Positions 20,438 through 29,980 are shown, counted from the stretch's first letter. The stretch is 64,000 bases of DNA from an uncultured Actinomycetes bacterium (GCA_963747275.1 CAVVEI010000015.1:1604-65603); one strand, 5' to 3'. The notes: generated by a model from the letters alone, not told the origin. Translations and numbers: made by a program.

Positions 20438-21577
20438 CTAGCTCTCGCCGTTGACGAAGACTCGCTCCGACCGGTCGAGGGCTATGTCGCAGGTGATCTC
20501 GTAGTTGATGGTGCCCACGCGGTGGGCTATGTCTTCAGCTGTGATGCGCTGATCGCCATCGGCTCCGATAAGAGTGACCACGTCTCCGACTTTGGTCTGA
20601 CCATCTGTCCCTACATCGACTCCAAAGGAATCCATGGACACCCGCCCGACGATCGGGTAACGACGGCCGTTGATGAGTACCTCACCGTTGTTGCTTAGCG
20701 CCCTGAATACGCCATCGCCATAGCCCAGGGGCACCAAGGCGACATCTGTGGGGGCCGCGGGGCGGAAGGTGTGACCGTAGCCCACCCCCTCGAGCATCTG
20801 CACCCGCTTCACCAGAGCCACCTGCGACTTCCAAGCGAGTACTGGAGCCAGACCTTCGGCTATGGGGTCCTTCTGCCAAGGTGATAGGCCATACACGGCG
20901 CATCCGCATCTGACCATGTCCAGGTGGGAGCGGGGGGAATGGACCGTGGCTGCGCTATTGGCGGCATGCGCGAGCGCGTGGGGCCACTCTTTGCGCACCC
21001 GTTCGACCGCGGGCAAGAACCTGTCGAGTTGAAAGTCGATTGTGGCCGGGTCTTCGGTGACGCAGGCGAAGTGGGTCATGACTCCCACCAGTTCGATCTC
21101 GGCTATGCCTCTTATCGAATCCAGAAAGGCGCCGACGTCGGGGGGAAAGAGACCCTGGCGGTTCATCCCGCTATCTATCTTGAGGTGTACGCGCGCTTTG
21201 ACTCCCGTGCCGCGCAGCTCTGGAAGCAGCGAGGCCATCTGGTCGCTGACCACGGCGAAGTCGACCTTGCGGATGGCCATCTCCTGGTACTGGTCGAGGC
21301 TGTAGAGGGGGCCCATGACCAGGATGCTGTCGGCGAACCCGGCGTCACGGAGCGCGACCGCCTCTTCGGCGGTGGCCACCGCGACTCCACTGGCCCCAGC
21401 GGCGGTGGCGGCTTGAGCCACGGGCAGGGTGCCGTGGCCGTACCCGTCGGCCTTCACGGCCACCAACATACGGCCGCCCGGGTGGAGCAAGGCCCGCAGA
21501 TGGGCCACGTTGTGGCGGATCGCCGCCAGATCTATGAGTACGCTACTTCTCGGAGAAGTGTTCATGATCGGTGGCAA
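20438..21577 (-). CDS. alr: Alanine racemase
   Basis: AVKADGYGHG (PLP lysine motif), the expected length, and a conserved C-terminal ..GRVSMD.. motif. Confidence 0.9.
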   Translation of the reverse strand: MPPIMNTSPRSSVLIDLAAIRHNVAHLRALLHPGGRMLVAVKADGYGHGTLPVAQAATAAGASGVAVATAEEAVALRDAGFADSILVMGPLYSLDQYQEMAIRKVDFAVVSDQMASLLPELRGTGVKARVHLKIDSGMNRQGLFPPDVGAFLDSIRGIAEIELVGVMTHFACVTEDPATIDFQLDRFLPAVERVRKEWPHALAHAANSAATVHSPRSHLDMVRCGCAVYGLSPWQKDPIAEGLAPVLAWKSQVALVKRVQMLEGVGYGHTFRPAAPTDVALVPLGYGDGVFRALSNNGEVLINGRRYPIVGRVSMDSFGVDVGTDGQTKVGDVVTLIGADGDQRITAEDIAHRVGTINYEITCDIALDRSERVFVNGES

Positions 21578-21604
21578 AGCCTAACACAAGGGCGCCCGGG
21601 CAGA

Positions 21605-23893
21605 CTACGCCGGTGCATTTGCCTGCGGGCCGTCCTTGGTGCAGATGAGCAGCACCGCCATGTCGTCGGCAAACCGGCTACCACTGGCCGACTCGATGTC
21701 GGTGAGTACGGCGTCCAGGGCGTCTCCGTCAGGCGTGGTACCTATCCAATCCGCGAGACGATGCTGCAGGCGCTCCTCGCCGTAGCGCTGGAGTGCGCCG
21801 GGAGACACCCGCACGTCTACGAGGCCGTCCGTATAGCAGAACAGCGACCAGCGCTCGGGTAGTCGCGTGCGGTGCACCGCGTGGGGCAGGTTCTTACCCA
21901 CTCCCAACGGGGGGATGGGCCTGGAATCGAGCACCGTGACACGGTCGGCGATGAGCAGAGGAGGCAGGTGACCGGCGTTGATCCATTGGAGCAGCCGTCT
22001 CTCGGTGTCGATGCGTCCGATGACGATGGTGGCAAAGGCGTTGGGGGTGCTCCGCTCGCCCATGATCAGACGGGCCATTACGTCGGCCGTCTTAGCAAGA
22101 CCTTCGCCGGCGAGAGTGAGCGCCTTCCAGGTGGAGCGAAGGGTGGCTCCCAGAGCCGCCGCATCGGGTCCATGCCCGCTCACGTCGCCTATGGCGAAGG
22201 AGAGCACGCTGTCGTCGGAGACGGTCGAACCCAGGAAGTCGCCTCCGAGCCGGAGGCGCTGCTCGCCCGTCTGGTAGCGGGTGATCACCTGCAAGCGGGG
22301 GTGCTCGATCGGAGCGGTGGGCAGCAGGCTGGCCTCGAGCCTGGCGTGCAGGCGCTCGGTGGAGGAGTGGGCTAGAGCCAGAGCGGCTTGGTCTGTGAAT
22401 CTCTGCGTAACCGCCAAGAAGCTGTCGTCCGGGGTCTTTCTCGGGGTCTTCCAGGTGAGCACCAGCAGATTTGCCGGGCCGCGCTCATCGAAGTGCAGGG
22501 GAACATACAACGCCGAACGAGTGCCCGCCTGCTTGACCACCTCCTGCGGCCAAGGCCGGACGGTCCGGCTGGGCTCGGAGACGTCCGCGATGAAGGTGGC
22601 GCGGGGAGCACGTATCTCATGCGCCAGCGGCATCGCGCTGGTGAGAGGGAAAGCTCGCCCCGGGGGCATAGAGTCTAGGCGGGGCAGTCGCTCCAGCAGC
22701 AGCAATCTGTCGCCCTCCACCAGGTATAGGGCGGCCCCTGAGCAGCCGAAGGTGGAGAGCGCGGCACGGCAGATGGCCTTTGCGACGACTTCTCTGCTGC
22801 TGCTCATGTGAAAGGTGGGCGCCAGTCTGAGCACGCGGTCCAGGGTACGGCGGAGTCTGTTCGCTCGACGCTGGGCCTCCAGCCTCAAGGCGTTGTGCCA
22901 GGCGATGGCAACCTGGTCGGCGAAGCGCTGCATCACCACCAGCGTATCCTCAGCGGGTCGGTCCACGGTGTGTTGCCAACCGAGCGACAGCACGCCCTCC
23001 GGACCGCTGGGCCCAACTATGGGCAGGCGCACGGACGAGACTATGCCCAGCTCTTGTCGGAGGTGGTCGGCCGGCCCGGTGGGGCGCGTCTCACCCACAT
23101 CGCGCACGAAAAGGGGCCGGCGTCGCGCCATCATGATCTCTAGATCGGGAAAGTCGGTGGCCAAGATCTCGAACCCGGGCTTGATCTTCTTCGAGTTCGG
23201 ACAAAGGGCGAGCAGCTCCATGGTGGAGTCTTTGAGCCTGAAGACGCGGGCGCCATCGGCGCCGAACGTACTACACGCGCTCTCGCAGGCCGTGCGCGCC
23301 ACCTCGACAAGGGTAGCGCCCGTCAGCAGGCGAGGGCTCAGATCTAGGACCTGTTCCAGAGTGTTCTTGGCGGTGAGCGACCGGCTGAGAGCCTCCTGCA
23401 GCCCAGCCTCGCGGCTGCGCACCTGCCGGCGCAGATGACGGCCGATCAGTCCCGTTCCGACCGCGGCGCCACACCAGACGACCGCGGAGATGAGGGCGTT
23501 TACCGATCCGGCCGTGGTAGAGAAGTCGGCAAGCAGGAGGAGCGCGGCCAGGACTCCCGTCAGGGCGACTACTAGCCCCACGATAACGCCCGCGAGCGCG
23601 GCTGCCAGGACCGATACGGTCACGATGACAGAGCCGATGGGGGGGAGGGGGTGGGAGGTCACACCAAGTCGATCGAGCACAAGGATGAAGGCCACCACCA
23701 GGACAACCGCCAACAACAGCACGACCCAGCGATAGTGCCGGAAGCCGCTCTTGGGGGCCAGCAGGAAGCCGGCCGGTGGCCGTTGGTCCTTGGGTCTTCT
23801 TGGACGCCGCATCGTCGCTAGGCTATCAAGAGGGGAAGGGTGGAGCAAGCCTGCGCGGAGTCTATAGCGGCTCTGGGGCATTCGTGTTAGCAT
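21605..23893 (-). CDS. Membrane-anchored GAF-domain PP2C-type (SpoIIE-like) serine phosphatase
   Basis: N-terminal TM block, two GAF-like regions, and C-terminal GDFLG..FAIGDVSGHGPDAAALG..NAGHLPP..TDGLV (SpoIIE/PP2C motifs). An alternative start at 23812 is possible. Confidence 0.8.
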   Translation of the reverse strand: MLTRMPQSRYRLRAGLLHPSPLDSLATMRRPRRPKDQRPPAGFLLAPKSGFRHYRWVVLLLAVVLVVAFILVLDRLGVTSHPLPPIGSVIVTVSVLAAALAGVIVGLVVALTGVLAALLLLADFSTTAGSVNALISAVVWCGAAVGTGLIGRHLRRQVRSREAGLQEALSRSLTAKNTLEQVLDLSPRLLTGATLVEVARTACESACSTFGADGARVFRLKDSTMELLALCPNSKKIKPGFEILATDFPDLEIMMARRRPLFVRDVGETRPTGPADHLRQELGIVSSVRLPIVGPSGPEGVLSLGWQHTVDRPAEDTLVVMQRFADQVAIAWHNALRLEAQRRANRLRRTLDRVLRLAPTFHMSSSREVVAKAICRAALSTFGCSGAALYLVEGDRLLLLERLPRLDSMPPGRAFPLTSAMPLAHEIRAPRATFIADVSEPSRTVRPWPQEVVKQAGTRSALYVPLHFDERGPANLLVLTWKTPRKTPDDSFLAVTQRFTDQAALALAHSSTERLHARLEASLLPTAPIEHPRLQVITRYQTGEQRLRLGGDFLGSTVSDDSVLSFAIGDVSGHGPDAAALGATLRSTWKALTLAGEGLAKTADVMARLIMGERSTPNAFATIVIGRIDTERRLLQWINAGHLPPLLIADRVTVLDSRPIPPLGVGKNLPHAVHRTRLPERWSLFCYTDGLVDVRVSPGALQRYGEERLQHRLADWIGTTPDGDALDAVLTDIESASGSRFADDMAVLLICTKDGPQANAPA

Positions 23894-23958
23894 CTCTCGG
23901 CTGCGGGCCGCACTCCGAGCTGGAATAGAACGGGTGACGGCCGGGCAGCGCCAGATCC

Positions 23959-24031
23959 GCCCCCATCGTCTAGCGGCCTAGGACACCGCCCTTTCAAGGC
24001 GGCGGCGGGGATTCGAATTCCCCTGGGGGCA
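23959..24031 (+). tRNA. tRNA-Glu (anticodon UUC)
   Basis: Hand-folded cloverleaf. Acceptor GCCCCCA/TGGGGGC, anticodon loop CTTTCAA, T-arm GGGGA TTCGAAT TCCCC. CCA is not encoded. Confidence 0.9.
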
Positions 24032-24058
24032 TGTCGCCCTGATTCTCGGGCGGTCAAT

Positions 24059-24130
24059 GGGCGCATAGCTCAGCGGGAGAGCACCTGCCTTACAAGCAGG
24101 GGGTCGCAGGTTCAAATCCTGCTGCGCCCA
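24059..24130 (+). tRNA. tRNA-Val (anticodon UAC)
   Basis: Acceptor GGGCGCA/TGCGCCC, anticodon stem-loop CCTGC CTTACAA GCAGG, T-arm GCAGG TTCAAAT CCTGC. Confidence 0.9.
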
Positions 24131-24189
24131 CTTATGCGCCGACGCTTGCACGGCGCCGGAGACATGCGATAATCTCGCAAGCCCTACGC

Positions 24190-24263
<74 letters not shown>

Positions 24264-24315
24264 CCTCGGGGTACGCCGTCCCGGTCGCTAGGCCGGGCGG
24301 CTGCCCAAACTGCAT

Positions 24316-24388
24316 GGCGGGATAGCTCAGTTGGTAGAGCACATGACTGAAAATCATGGTGTCCCCGGTTCAAATCCGGGTCCCGCCA
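24316..24388 (+). tRNA. tRNA-Phe (anticodon GAA)
   Basis: Acceptor GGCGGGA/TCCCGCC, anticodon loop CTGAAAA, T-arm CCCGG TTCAAAT CCGGG, discriminator A. Confidence 0.9.
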
Positions 24389-24543
24389 CCTGCCGGCCTA
24401 GTTTGTCATGCAAATAGGCACTTCTTGACCCCTGAGACCTTGATTCTAATCGGGGACATACCGCCGAGACGGATTGTTGTTCTCAGCGCCCCCTATTCCC
24501 TACTGGCATTTGCTACAGTGGGAAAAAGGCGGGAGGGGCGGCC

Positions 24544-25419
24544 ATGAATCGGGAAGACCTTTGGGCGGGAGACGTCGCCCGTATCTCCTTGCGACTGGCG
24601 CTCATCGTGTTGGGCGTCTTCATCGCTGTTCTGGGCGTCGTATTCTTCTTCCTCGGCCGTCTGGACAACGCTTACTCCGACACTAGTACTCTCCGGGGCC
24701 TGGCCTATGGCGTGCCCCTACTGGTGATCGGCGGGTTGTTGGTCACATGTTCCCGGTGGCTCGCCTCGCGGCTTCGCTGGCCCGAGCGGCCCAGGGCGGA
24801 GGACGTCGCCGATATCCTCTTGCGATTGGCGCTCATCGTGCTAGGCGTTTTCGTCGTCGTTCTGGGCGTCGTATTCTTCTTCCTCTTCGTGCTGGCTGCC
24901 AAGATGATGAGCTGCTATGCCGGGCCGACGGCCGTCCAGGTCCTTATCCATGTCTTGCCCTTGCTGGTGATCGGCGGGGTGCTGATCACATCTTCCCGGT
25001 GGCTGGCCGTGCTGCTGTACCGGCCGGAACGGCCGGCGCCAAAGGACGTCGCTCGTATCTTCGCGAGACTGGCGCTCATCGTGTTGGGCGTCTTCATCGT
25101 CATTCTCGGCGTGCTCGTCTTTGTCTTCGTCATGCTGCTGGCCCAGAACGCGCAGGATTCAGCAGGGTCGGCTGCTCTTCGGGCCCTGACTTATGTCTTG
25201 TCCCTACTGGTGATCGGCGCATTGCTGGTCACATTTTCCCGGTGGCTGGCCGTGCTCCTATACCGGCCGGAACGGCCGGGGCCGGGCTCGCCGGGGCAAC
25301 CTGACCCCGACCCGCCCGCTGTCTGCCCGTGTTGTGGGGCACCATACAACCGGAGCGACTATGACGTCGACGCCCCCGCGTGGTCTTGCGGTCGCTGCGG
25401 GGCGCGCTTGCGGCCGTAG
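24544..25419 (+). CDS. Hypothetical membrane protein made of three tandem ~80-aa two-TM modules plus a C-terminal zinc ribbon
   Basis: Intact 291-aa ORF. The unit DVA.I..RLALIVLGVF..VLGV.FF........LLVIGG.L.T.SRWLA..LYRPERP occurs three times. The C-terminus is CPCCGAPYN..(13 aa)..CGRCG. Confidence 0.6.
   Translation: MNREDLWAGDVARISLRLALIVLGVFIAVLGVVFFFLGRLDNAYSDTSTLRGLAYGVPLLVIGGLLVTCSRWLASRLRWPERPRAEDVADILLRLALIVLGVFVVVLGVVFFFLFVLAAKMMSCYAGPTAVQVLIHVLPLLVIGGVLITSSRWLAVLLYRPERPAPKDVARIFARLALIVLGVFIVILGVLVFVFVMLLAQNAQDSAGSAALRALTYVLSLLVIGALLVTFSRWLAVLLYRPERPGPGSPGQPDPDPPAVCPCCGAPYNRSDYDVDAPAWSCGRCGARLRP
24571..25287 (+). repeat. Three direct coding repeats (unit starts 24571, 24802, 25045; periods 231 and 243 nt)
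   Basis: The DNA-level repeat gacgtcgc..ctggcgctcatcgtg.t.ggcgt.ttc.tcg is seen three times. Confidence 0.8.
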
Positions 25420-25546
25420 AGAATGGTTCAGCGCCCTCTCACAACGCCCGCAAATTCTGACAATGCCGTCTGTGATTGGTACGAACCGAGGTCCCACCAA
25501 CTAGGTCTTGGACACCGTTGCGCGCGCTCTATATCATGGTGTCCCT

Positions 25547-27013
25547 ATGCTCCTTACATCGTACAAGTACGTTCTCTTCGTCCTGCTGGGATTCTGCGTG
25601 TACTACACTGTCGGATGGTTCGCGCGGCGTGCGCGGGGTGGACGGCATAGTCGGCCGGAGCATGGCGGGCTCGCTCAGAACCTCACGATGTTGGTGCTGG
25701 GATACGGCTTCTACGCGCTGTGGGACTGGCGGTGGTGCCTTCTTCTAGCCGGGGTTACCCTGAGCGGCTTCGGCGGCGCCCTGCTCTTGAGCAAGCTCAA
25801 GAGCCACCGGCGCTTGGTGCTGGTGGCAGCACTGGTGCTGAACCTGGCCGCACTAGGCTTCTTCAAGTACTTCGACTTCTTCGCCGAGTCCTTCGCCTCG
25901 CTCCTGGGCGCGGCCGGGCTGCGCGCCGACTGGGTGACTCTAAACCTGGTTCTGCCTGTGGGCCTTAGCTACTACGTCTTTCAGAACCTCTCGTATGTGA
26001 TCGATGTCTACCGGGGCGACGTGGAGCGTGTCGCGGGCCCGGTGGAGTACGCCGCGGCGCTCAGCTTCTTCCCCGCCCTGCTGGCCGGTCCCATAACCCG
26101 CCCGCGTGACCTGGTGCCCCAGTTGAGAGAACGCCGGGACTTCGACGAAGGGCGCGCCCGGGACGGTCTTCGCCAGATGTTGTGGGGGTTCTTCAAGAAG
26201 ATGCTGGTGGCCGACACCATAGGTCTGCAGATTGACCACGTGTGGGGCGACTTGGGAGCGGCAGACGGCGTGGCCGCGGCCGCTGTCGCGGTGCTCTACT
26301 CGATCCAGATCTACTGCGACTTCTCAGGGTATGCCGACATAGCCATAGGCACGGGCAAGTTGCTGAACCTCCAGCTCTCGAAGAACTTCGACCATCCGTA
26401 CTTCGCCACCTCGGTGCGGGAGTTCTGGCGCCGCTGGCACATGACGCTCTCCGGCTGGATGCGCGACTACCTCTACATACCCTTGGGCGGCAATCGCGTG
26501 AAGGCCGTGCGGAACGCCTTGAACGTACTGGTCACCTTCCTACTGGTGGGGTTGTGGCACGGGGCGGCTTGGACCTTTGTCGTCTGGGGAGCGCTGCACG
26601 GCCTATACCTGGTGGTGGAGAACAGCTTCAGGGCCTGGGGCCGCCGGAGGACCGGCGGGCAGAGCGGCGGCAAAGGCCCTTGGCGGGAGGCACTGGCGGG
26701 GGTAGCGGTCTTCGCGGCGGTGACCATCGCCTGGGTATTCTTCCGCGCGCCGAGTCTGGCGGAGGCCGTTGAGTTCCTGGGGCGCGGCTTCGTACAGCCC
26801 TGGGGTCTTGGTGATCACGCGCGCTATCTGCCCGCGCTGCTTCTCGGGGGAGGCGTCATGGCTTATGAGTGGCTCACGCGTCGCCTCGAGCACGGCCTTG
26901 CGCTCACGGGCCTCCCGGTGGTGGCCCGCTGGGCAGTCTACCTGGTGTGCTGTCTGGCCCTGGTCATATTCGGGCAACTAGGTGGTCGGGAGGGAATCTA
27001 TGTTCAGTTCTAG
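25547..27013 (+). CDS. MBOAT family O-acyltransferase (AlgI/DltB/PatA-like)
   Basis: ..FWRRWHMTLSGWMRDYLYIPLGGNR..LLVGLWHGAAW.. contains the MBOAT catalytic His context. About 10 TM segments. The ATG at 25547 gives the usual MLL.SY.. N-terminus. Confidence 0.85.
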   Translation: MLLTSYKYVLFVLLGFCVYYTVGWFARRARGGRHSRPEHGGLAQNLTMLVLGYGFYALWDWRWCLLLAGVTLSGFGGALLLSKLKSHRRLVLVAALVLNLAALGFFKYFDFFAESFASLLGAAGLRADWVTLNLVLPVGLSYYVFQNLSYVIDVYRGDVERVAGPVEYAAALSFFPALLAGPITRPRDLVPQLRERRDFDEGRARDGLRQMLWGFFKKMLVADTIGLQIDHVWGDLGAADGVAAAAVAVLYSIQIYCDFSGYADIAIGTGKLLNLQLSKNFDHPYFATSVREFWRRWHMTLSGWMRDYLYIPLGGNRVKAVRNALNVLVTFLLVGLWHGAAWTFVVWGALHGLYLVVENSFRAWGRRRTGGQSGGKGPWREALAGVAVFAAVTIAWVFFRAPSLAEAVEFLGRGFVQPWGLGDHARYLPALLLGGGVMAYEWLTRRLEHGLALTGLPVVARWAVYLVCCLALVIFGQLGGREGIYVQF

Positions 27014-28142
27014 GCGCCAAGCGTCACCACGAGGAGCGCTCGCCTTCCTTCTTCGACTGGCTCTGTTCGTGCTGCTGTTCGTGGGTATGGGAGAGTTGTG
27101 GTTCCGCACCGTTATGCCGGCCTGCGAGTACCCCGACTACTTTCAGGACCCGGAGTGGAGTCTCCATCGGTATGACCCTAGCGGCCCCACCGCGGGCGAG
27201 TTCAACGTCGGCAGACTTACTCGTGATCGCGTACCTTGGCTGCTGAACAACGACGGCTGGGTGAGCGCCCGCGACTACCTCCTGGCCACGGAGAGGAGTA
27301 GGCCCCTGGTCGCGCTGCTCGGCGACTCGCAGATAGAAGGCTTCTACACCCCCATGGAGGATCACATAGATCCCGTTCTTGCCTCTTTGCTTGAGACTCC
27401 TACCGACGTGTATGCCTTTGGCGGGTCGGGCTGGCAACTGGAGCAGTTCGTGGCCGTGGGCCGGTACATAAGAGAGAAGTACGCGCCTGACGTGATGGTC
27501 TTGTTCCTGGGTGTGAACGATGTCACCTTCAGCTTCGTCGGGGGCGGTCAGTCATGGGGCCTGTTCTGGCGTATCAAGCCCGAGGGGGAGGGGTTCGCCG
27601 AGGTGGCGCCCGAAGAAGACCACTCGCTCAGGGAGTCGGTCTCTGAGGCGGCCAAGATATCTGCCATCGTGAACTACCTGCGTCTCAACGCCAAGTTGCC
27701 AATCCTTGCTCGAGGGGGCGGCATCCCGGTGGGTGGGGCGCCTATCGCGGATGGGGGGGATCCCAATGAGTCCTGGAAGGCTCTCCTGCCAGCAGCCGAG
27801 TTCATGCTCGGCAGACTGCGCGCAGAGAATCCTGGTGTGCCCATAATCGTAGCCGTGGACGGCGACCGGTACCTGGCTCCTGGGGAGCTCGCCGCCGTCC
27901 CCCTCTATCCCGATGCTCTTGCGGTGCAGGCAGCCTGCCGGGGGATCTCTGACTGCCACTTCGTCGATCTGCGCCAGACGTTCGCTTCTGATTGGGCCAC
28001 CAACCACCGGGGGTTCGAAGCGGCCGATGGCTTCCACTGGAACGCCTACGCGAACCAGCTCGTGGCTCAGACGTTGGCCACCTACATCGCTCAGAACGAT
28101 CTGCTGGGAAGCGCGAAGGCTGCCAACCCGCCGTCGAGGTAG
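27000..28142 (+). CDS. SGNH-hydrolase-fold partner of the MBOAT (AlgJ/PatB/DltD-like role), N-terminal TM anchor
   Basis: The ATG overlaps the MBOAT stop region, with RBS gggaggga. Block I LLGDSQIEG, block III LFLGVNDV and block V ADGFHWN are all present. Confidence 0.65.
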   Translation: MFSSRRQASPRGALAFLLRLALFVLLFVGMGELWFRTVMPACEYPDYFQDPEWSLHRYDPSGPTAGEFNVGRLTRDRVPWLLNNDGWVSARDYLLATERSRPLVALLGDSQIEGFYTPMEDHIDPVLASLLETPTDVYAFGGSGWQLEQFVAVGRYIREKYAPDVMVLFLGVNDVTFSFVGGGQSWGLFWRIKPEGEGFAEVAPEEDHSLRESVSEAAKISAIVNYLRLNAKLPILARGGGIPVGGAPIADGGDPNESWKALLPAAEFMLGRLRAENPGVPIIVAVDGDRYLAPGELAAVPLYPDALAVQAACRGISDCHFVDLRQTFASDWATNHRGFEAADGFHWNAYANQLVAQTLATYIAQNDLLGSAKAANPPSR

Positions 28143-28203
28143 TCCCGCCGGCACTTTTGGGGTAGACTGGTCGCCACGCTTTGACGCTTGTACACCAAGG
28201 TCT

Positions 28204-28276
28204 GCGCCCATAGCTTAGCTGGTAGAGCAGGGGACTCTTAATCCCAAGGTCGAAGGTTCGAATCCTTCTGGGCGCA
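28204..28276 (+). tRNA. tRNA-Lys (anticodon CUU)
   Basis: Acceptor GCGCCCA/TGGGCGC, anticodon loop CTCTTAA, T-arm GAAGG TTCGAAT CCTTC, discriminator A. Confidence 0.9.
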
Positions 28277-28360
28277 CCTCAGGGTGTGGGGGGAGTACTG
28301 TAGCCGGCGAAGTGCGAGGTAGTCCATGCCCACTGAGCTTGTCGTCATCGCAGTGCACTT

Positions 28361-29980
28361 GTGACTCCGACCGTGGAGACCCTCCAGCCACTCACTCGGG
28401 ACGTGTCTTCTAACGACCTGAAGTCCGCCTGCCGCTTCGGCACCTATCTGGGCACGGATTGTGGCTTTCTAGGGACGGGCATGTGGCACAGTCTGTCCGG
28501 TCTCATGGGGGACCCCGATGACTGCCTAGACCTGACCCGCTGCTTTCCGCTGGTGAGGGCGGATCGCCAGTCCATCTGCGTGGGCGCCACCCTCAGGGGC
28601 AAAGGGGCGGGGGCACTCAGATTGCAGCTGAAATCGGCCGACGGCAGAGTCTTGTGGTGGGGCACGGCAGAGCTCCCTCTAGGTGGCGACTGGCAGGACC
28701 TGCATTTCTCGTGGGAGCCGGAGGGTCTGCGCGCGGTCAAGTCGCTCGAGTGGCAGGCCGAACAGGGCACACAGGTGCAGTTGGACGCTCTGAGCCTCAA
28801 CATGCTCATGCCGCAACTGCCTTTGGAGGAGGAGCTCTTTCTCATCTCGTATGCCAAGCTGGCGCGGCTCTACTCGGCCGAGCACGGCATGGTGAGAGAG
28901 CGTGCGTCTCGACCGGCCGGCGAGCGTGATTCAATAGCCTCGGTCGGTCTCTTCTGCTTGGCCACCAGTCTGGCCTGCAGGGTCGGCTTGGTGAAGCAGG
29001 CGCAGGCCGAGCAGATACTCCACAAAGTGCATGCCACCGTCTCTGATATCCAGCGAGCGCACGGGCTGCTGCCCTCGACCGTGACCAGGCAGGGGGGCAG
29101 AGCCACGATCAGCGAGGGGTCTGTCTACAGCACCCTCGACACCAGCCTCTACTATCACGGCATCCTGCTTGCGGCTCAGCTGCTGTGGGACGGCAAGACC
29201 CTGGCGAGCGCCACCAAGGCGGTCAGGGAGATAGACTTCGACCAACTGCGCGATGCCGAGGGGTACGTGCTGGGCGGGCTGGAAGCCGACGGCCGGACGC
29301 CGTCTGGACTCTCGTGGCGCGAGTGGGGTGGGGAGGCGGTACTTGTCCTCCTGCTTGAGCACATGGCGACCGGGGCGATCCGACCCCTCCGACTTGTCGG
29401 CACGGGGACGGTGAAGGGGGGCGTCGGCCTGAGCGCCGAGGCCGGCAGCCTCTTCTACCTGGACTTCTCCACGCCTGACACCGACCTGGTGACAGGGGCC
29501 GACTGGATGGCGGCGCGGCGCGCCCTACTGGAAGAGCAGATAGCCTACTTCCCCCGCAAGCACTCCAAGTCGGCTGCGGCGCGCCTCGGGTTATATGGCC
29601 TCTCCGTGGGTGAGGACCCGCACGGTGAGGGCCTCTTGAGCGGTGGCACCCGCACCCGCGACAAGGACGAGATCATACGGCCCCACTACGTGCTCATGTC
29701 GGCCCTGGCCCAGTCTCGTCCTGAGGCGGCGTATGAGGTGATACGCACGATGCGGGCGCAGGGGCTCATCCACCCCTGGGGCCTGGTGAGCGGGTTCACC
29801 AGAGACCTCGAATACTCGCCGCTGGTTGGCGCCGTCAGCGCAGCCCTGGAATGCCTCGCGGCCTATCACCTCTGGGCCGAGGTGAGCGGACGCCCGGACT
29901 TGATCTATGCGGCGGCAGAGGATTGCGGCCTGACGCGCGAGGCCATCCGGGAGTTCTATCCCAACATCAAGACCTGGTAG
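28361..29980 (+). CDS. Hypothetical protein: N-terminal beta-sandwich-like region plus a possible (alpha/alpha)6-barrel glycoside-hydrolase-like domain (DUF3131/GH144-like guess)
   Basis: Intact 539-aa ORF. The helical repeat pattern with conserved aromatic and acidic residues (..SVYSTLDTSLYYHGILLAA.., ..WREWGGEAVLVLLLEH..) is reminiscent of glucoamylase-like folds. Weak call. GTG start without a clear RBS. Confidence 0.3.
   Translation: MTPTVETLQPLTRDVSSNDLKSACRFGTYLGTDCGFLGTGMWHSLSGLMGDPDDCLDLTRCFPLVRADRQSICVGATLRGKGAGALRLQLKSADGRVLWWGTAELPLGGDWQDLHFSWEPEGLRAVKSLEWQAEQGTQVQLDALSLNMLMPQLPLEEELFLISYAKLARLYSAEHGMVRERASRPAGERDSIASVGLFCLATSLACRVGLVKQAQAEQILHKVHATVSDIQRAHGLLPSTVTRQGGRATISEGSVYSTLDTSLYYHGILLAAQLLWDGKTLASATKAVREIDFDQLRDAEGYVLGGLEADGRTPSGLSWREWGGEAVLVLLLEHMATGAIRPLRLVGTGTVKGGVGLSAEAGSLFYLDFSTPDTDLVTGADWMAARRALLEEQIAYFPRKHSKSAAARLGLYGLSVGEDPHGEGLLSGGTRTRDKDEIIRPHYVLMSALAQSRPEAAYEVIRTMRAQGLIHPWGLVSGFTRDLEYSPLVGAVSAALECLAAYHLWAEVSGRPDLIYAAAEDCGLTREAIREFYPNIKTW

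Noticed and set aside
24425-24462. Sigma-70-like promoter (TTGACC, 16 nt, TAATCG) upstream of the triplicated membrane protein gene.
   Set aside because: The -10 candidate lacks the invariant final T, and promoter consensus in this lineage is unknown. Too weak to list as a feature.
24571-25287. Regularly spaced direct repeats that might suggest a CRISPR-like or satellite array.
   Set aside because: The period is 231-243 nt. The repeats are in frame inside an intact ORF and encode a repeated two-helix module. There is no short repeat/spacer structure. No CRISPR array was seen anywhere in the window.
28326-28361. Alternative ATG at 28326 for the 28361..29980 gene.
   Set aside because: It is out of frame with the long ORF (35 nt upstream). 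The GTG at 28361 is kept, but the start remains uncertain.
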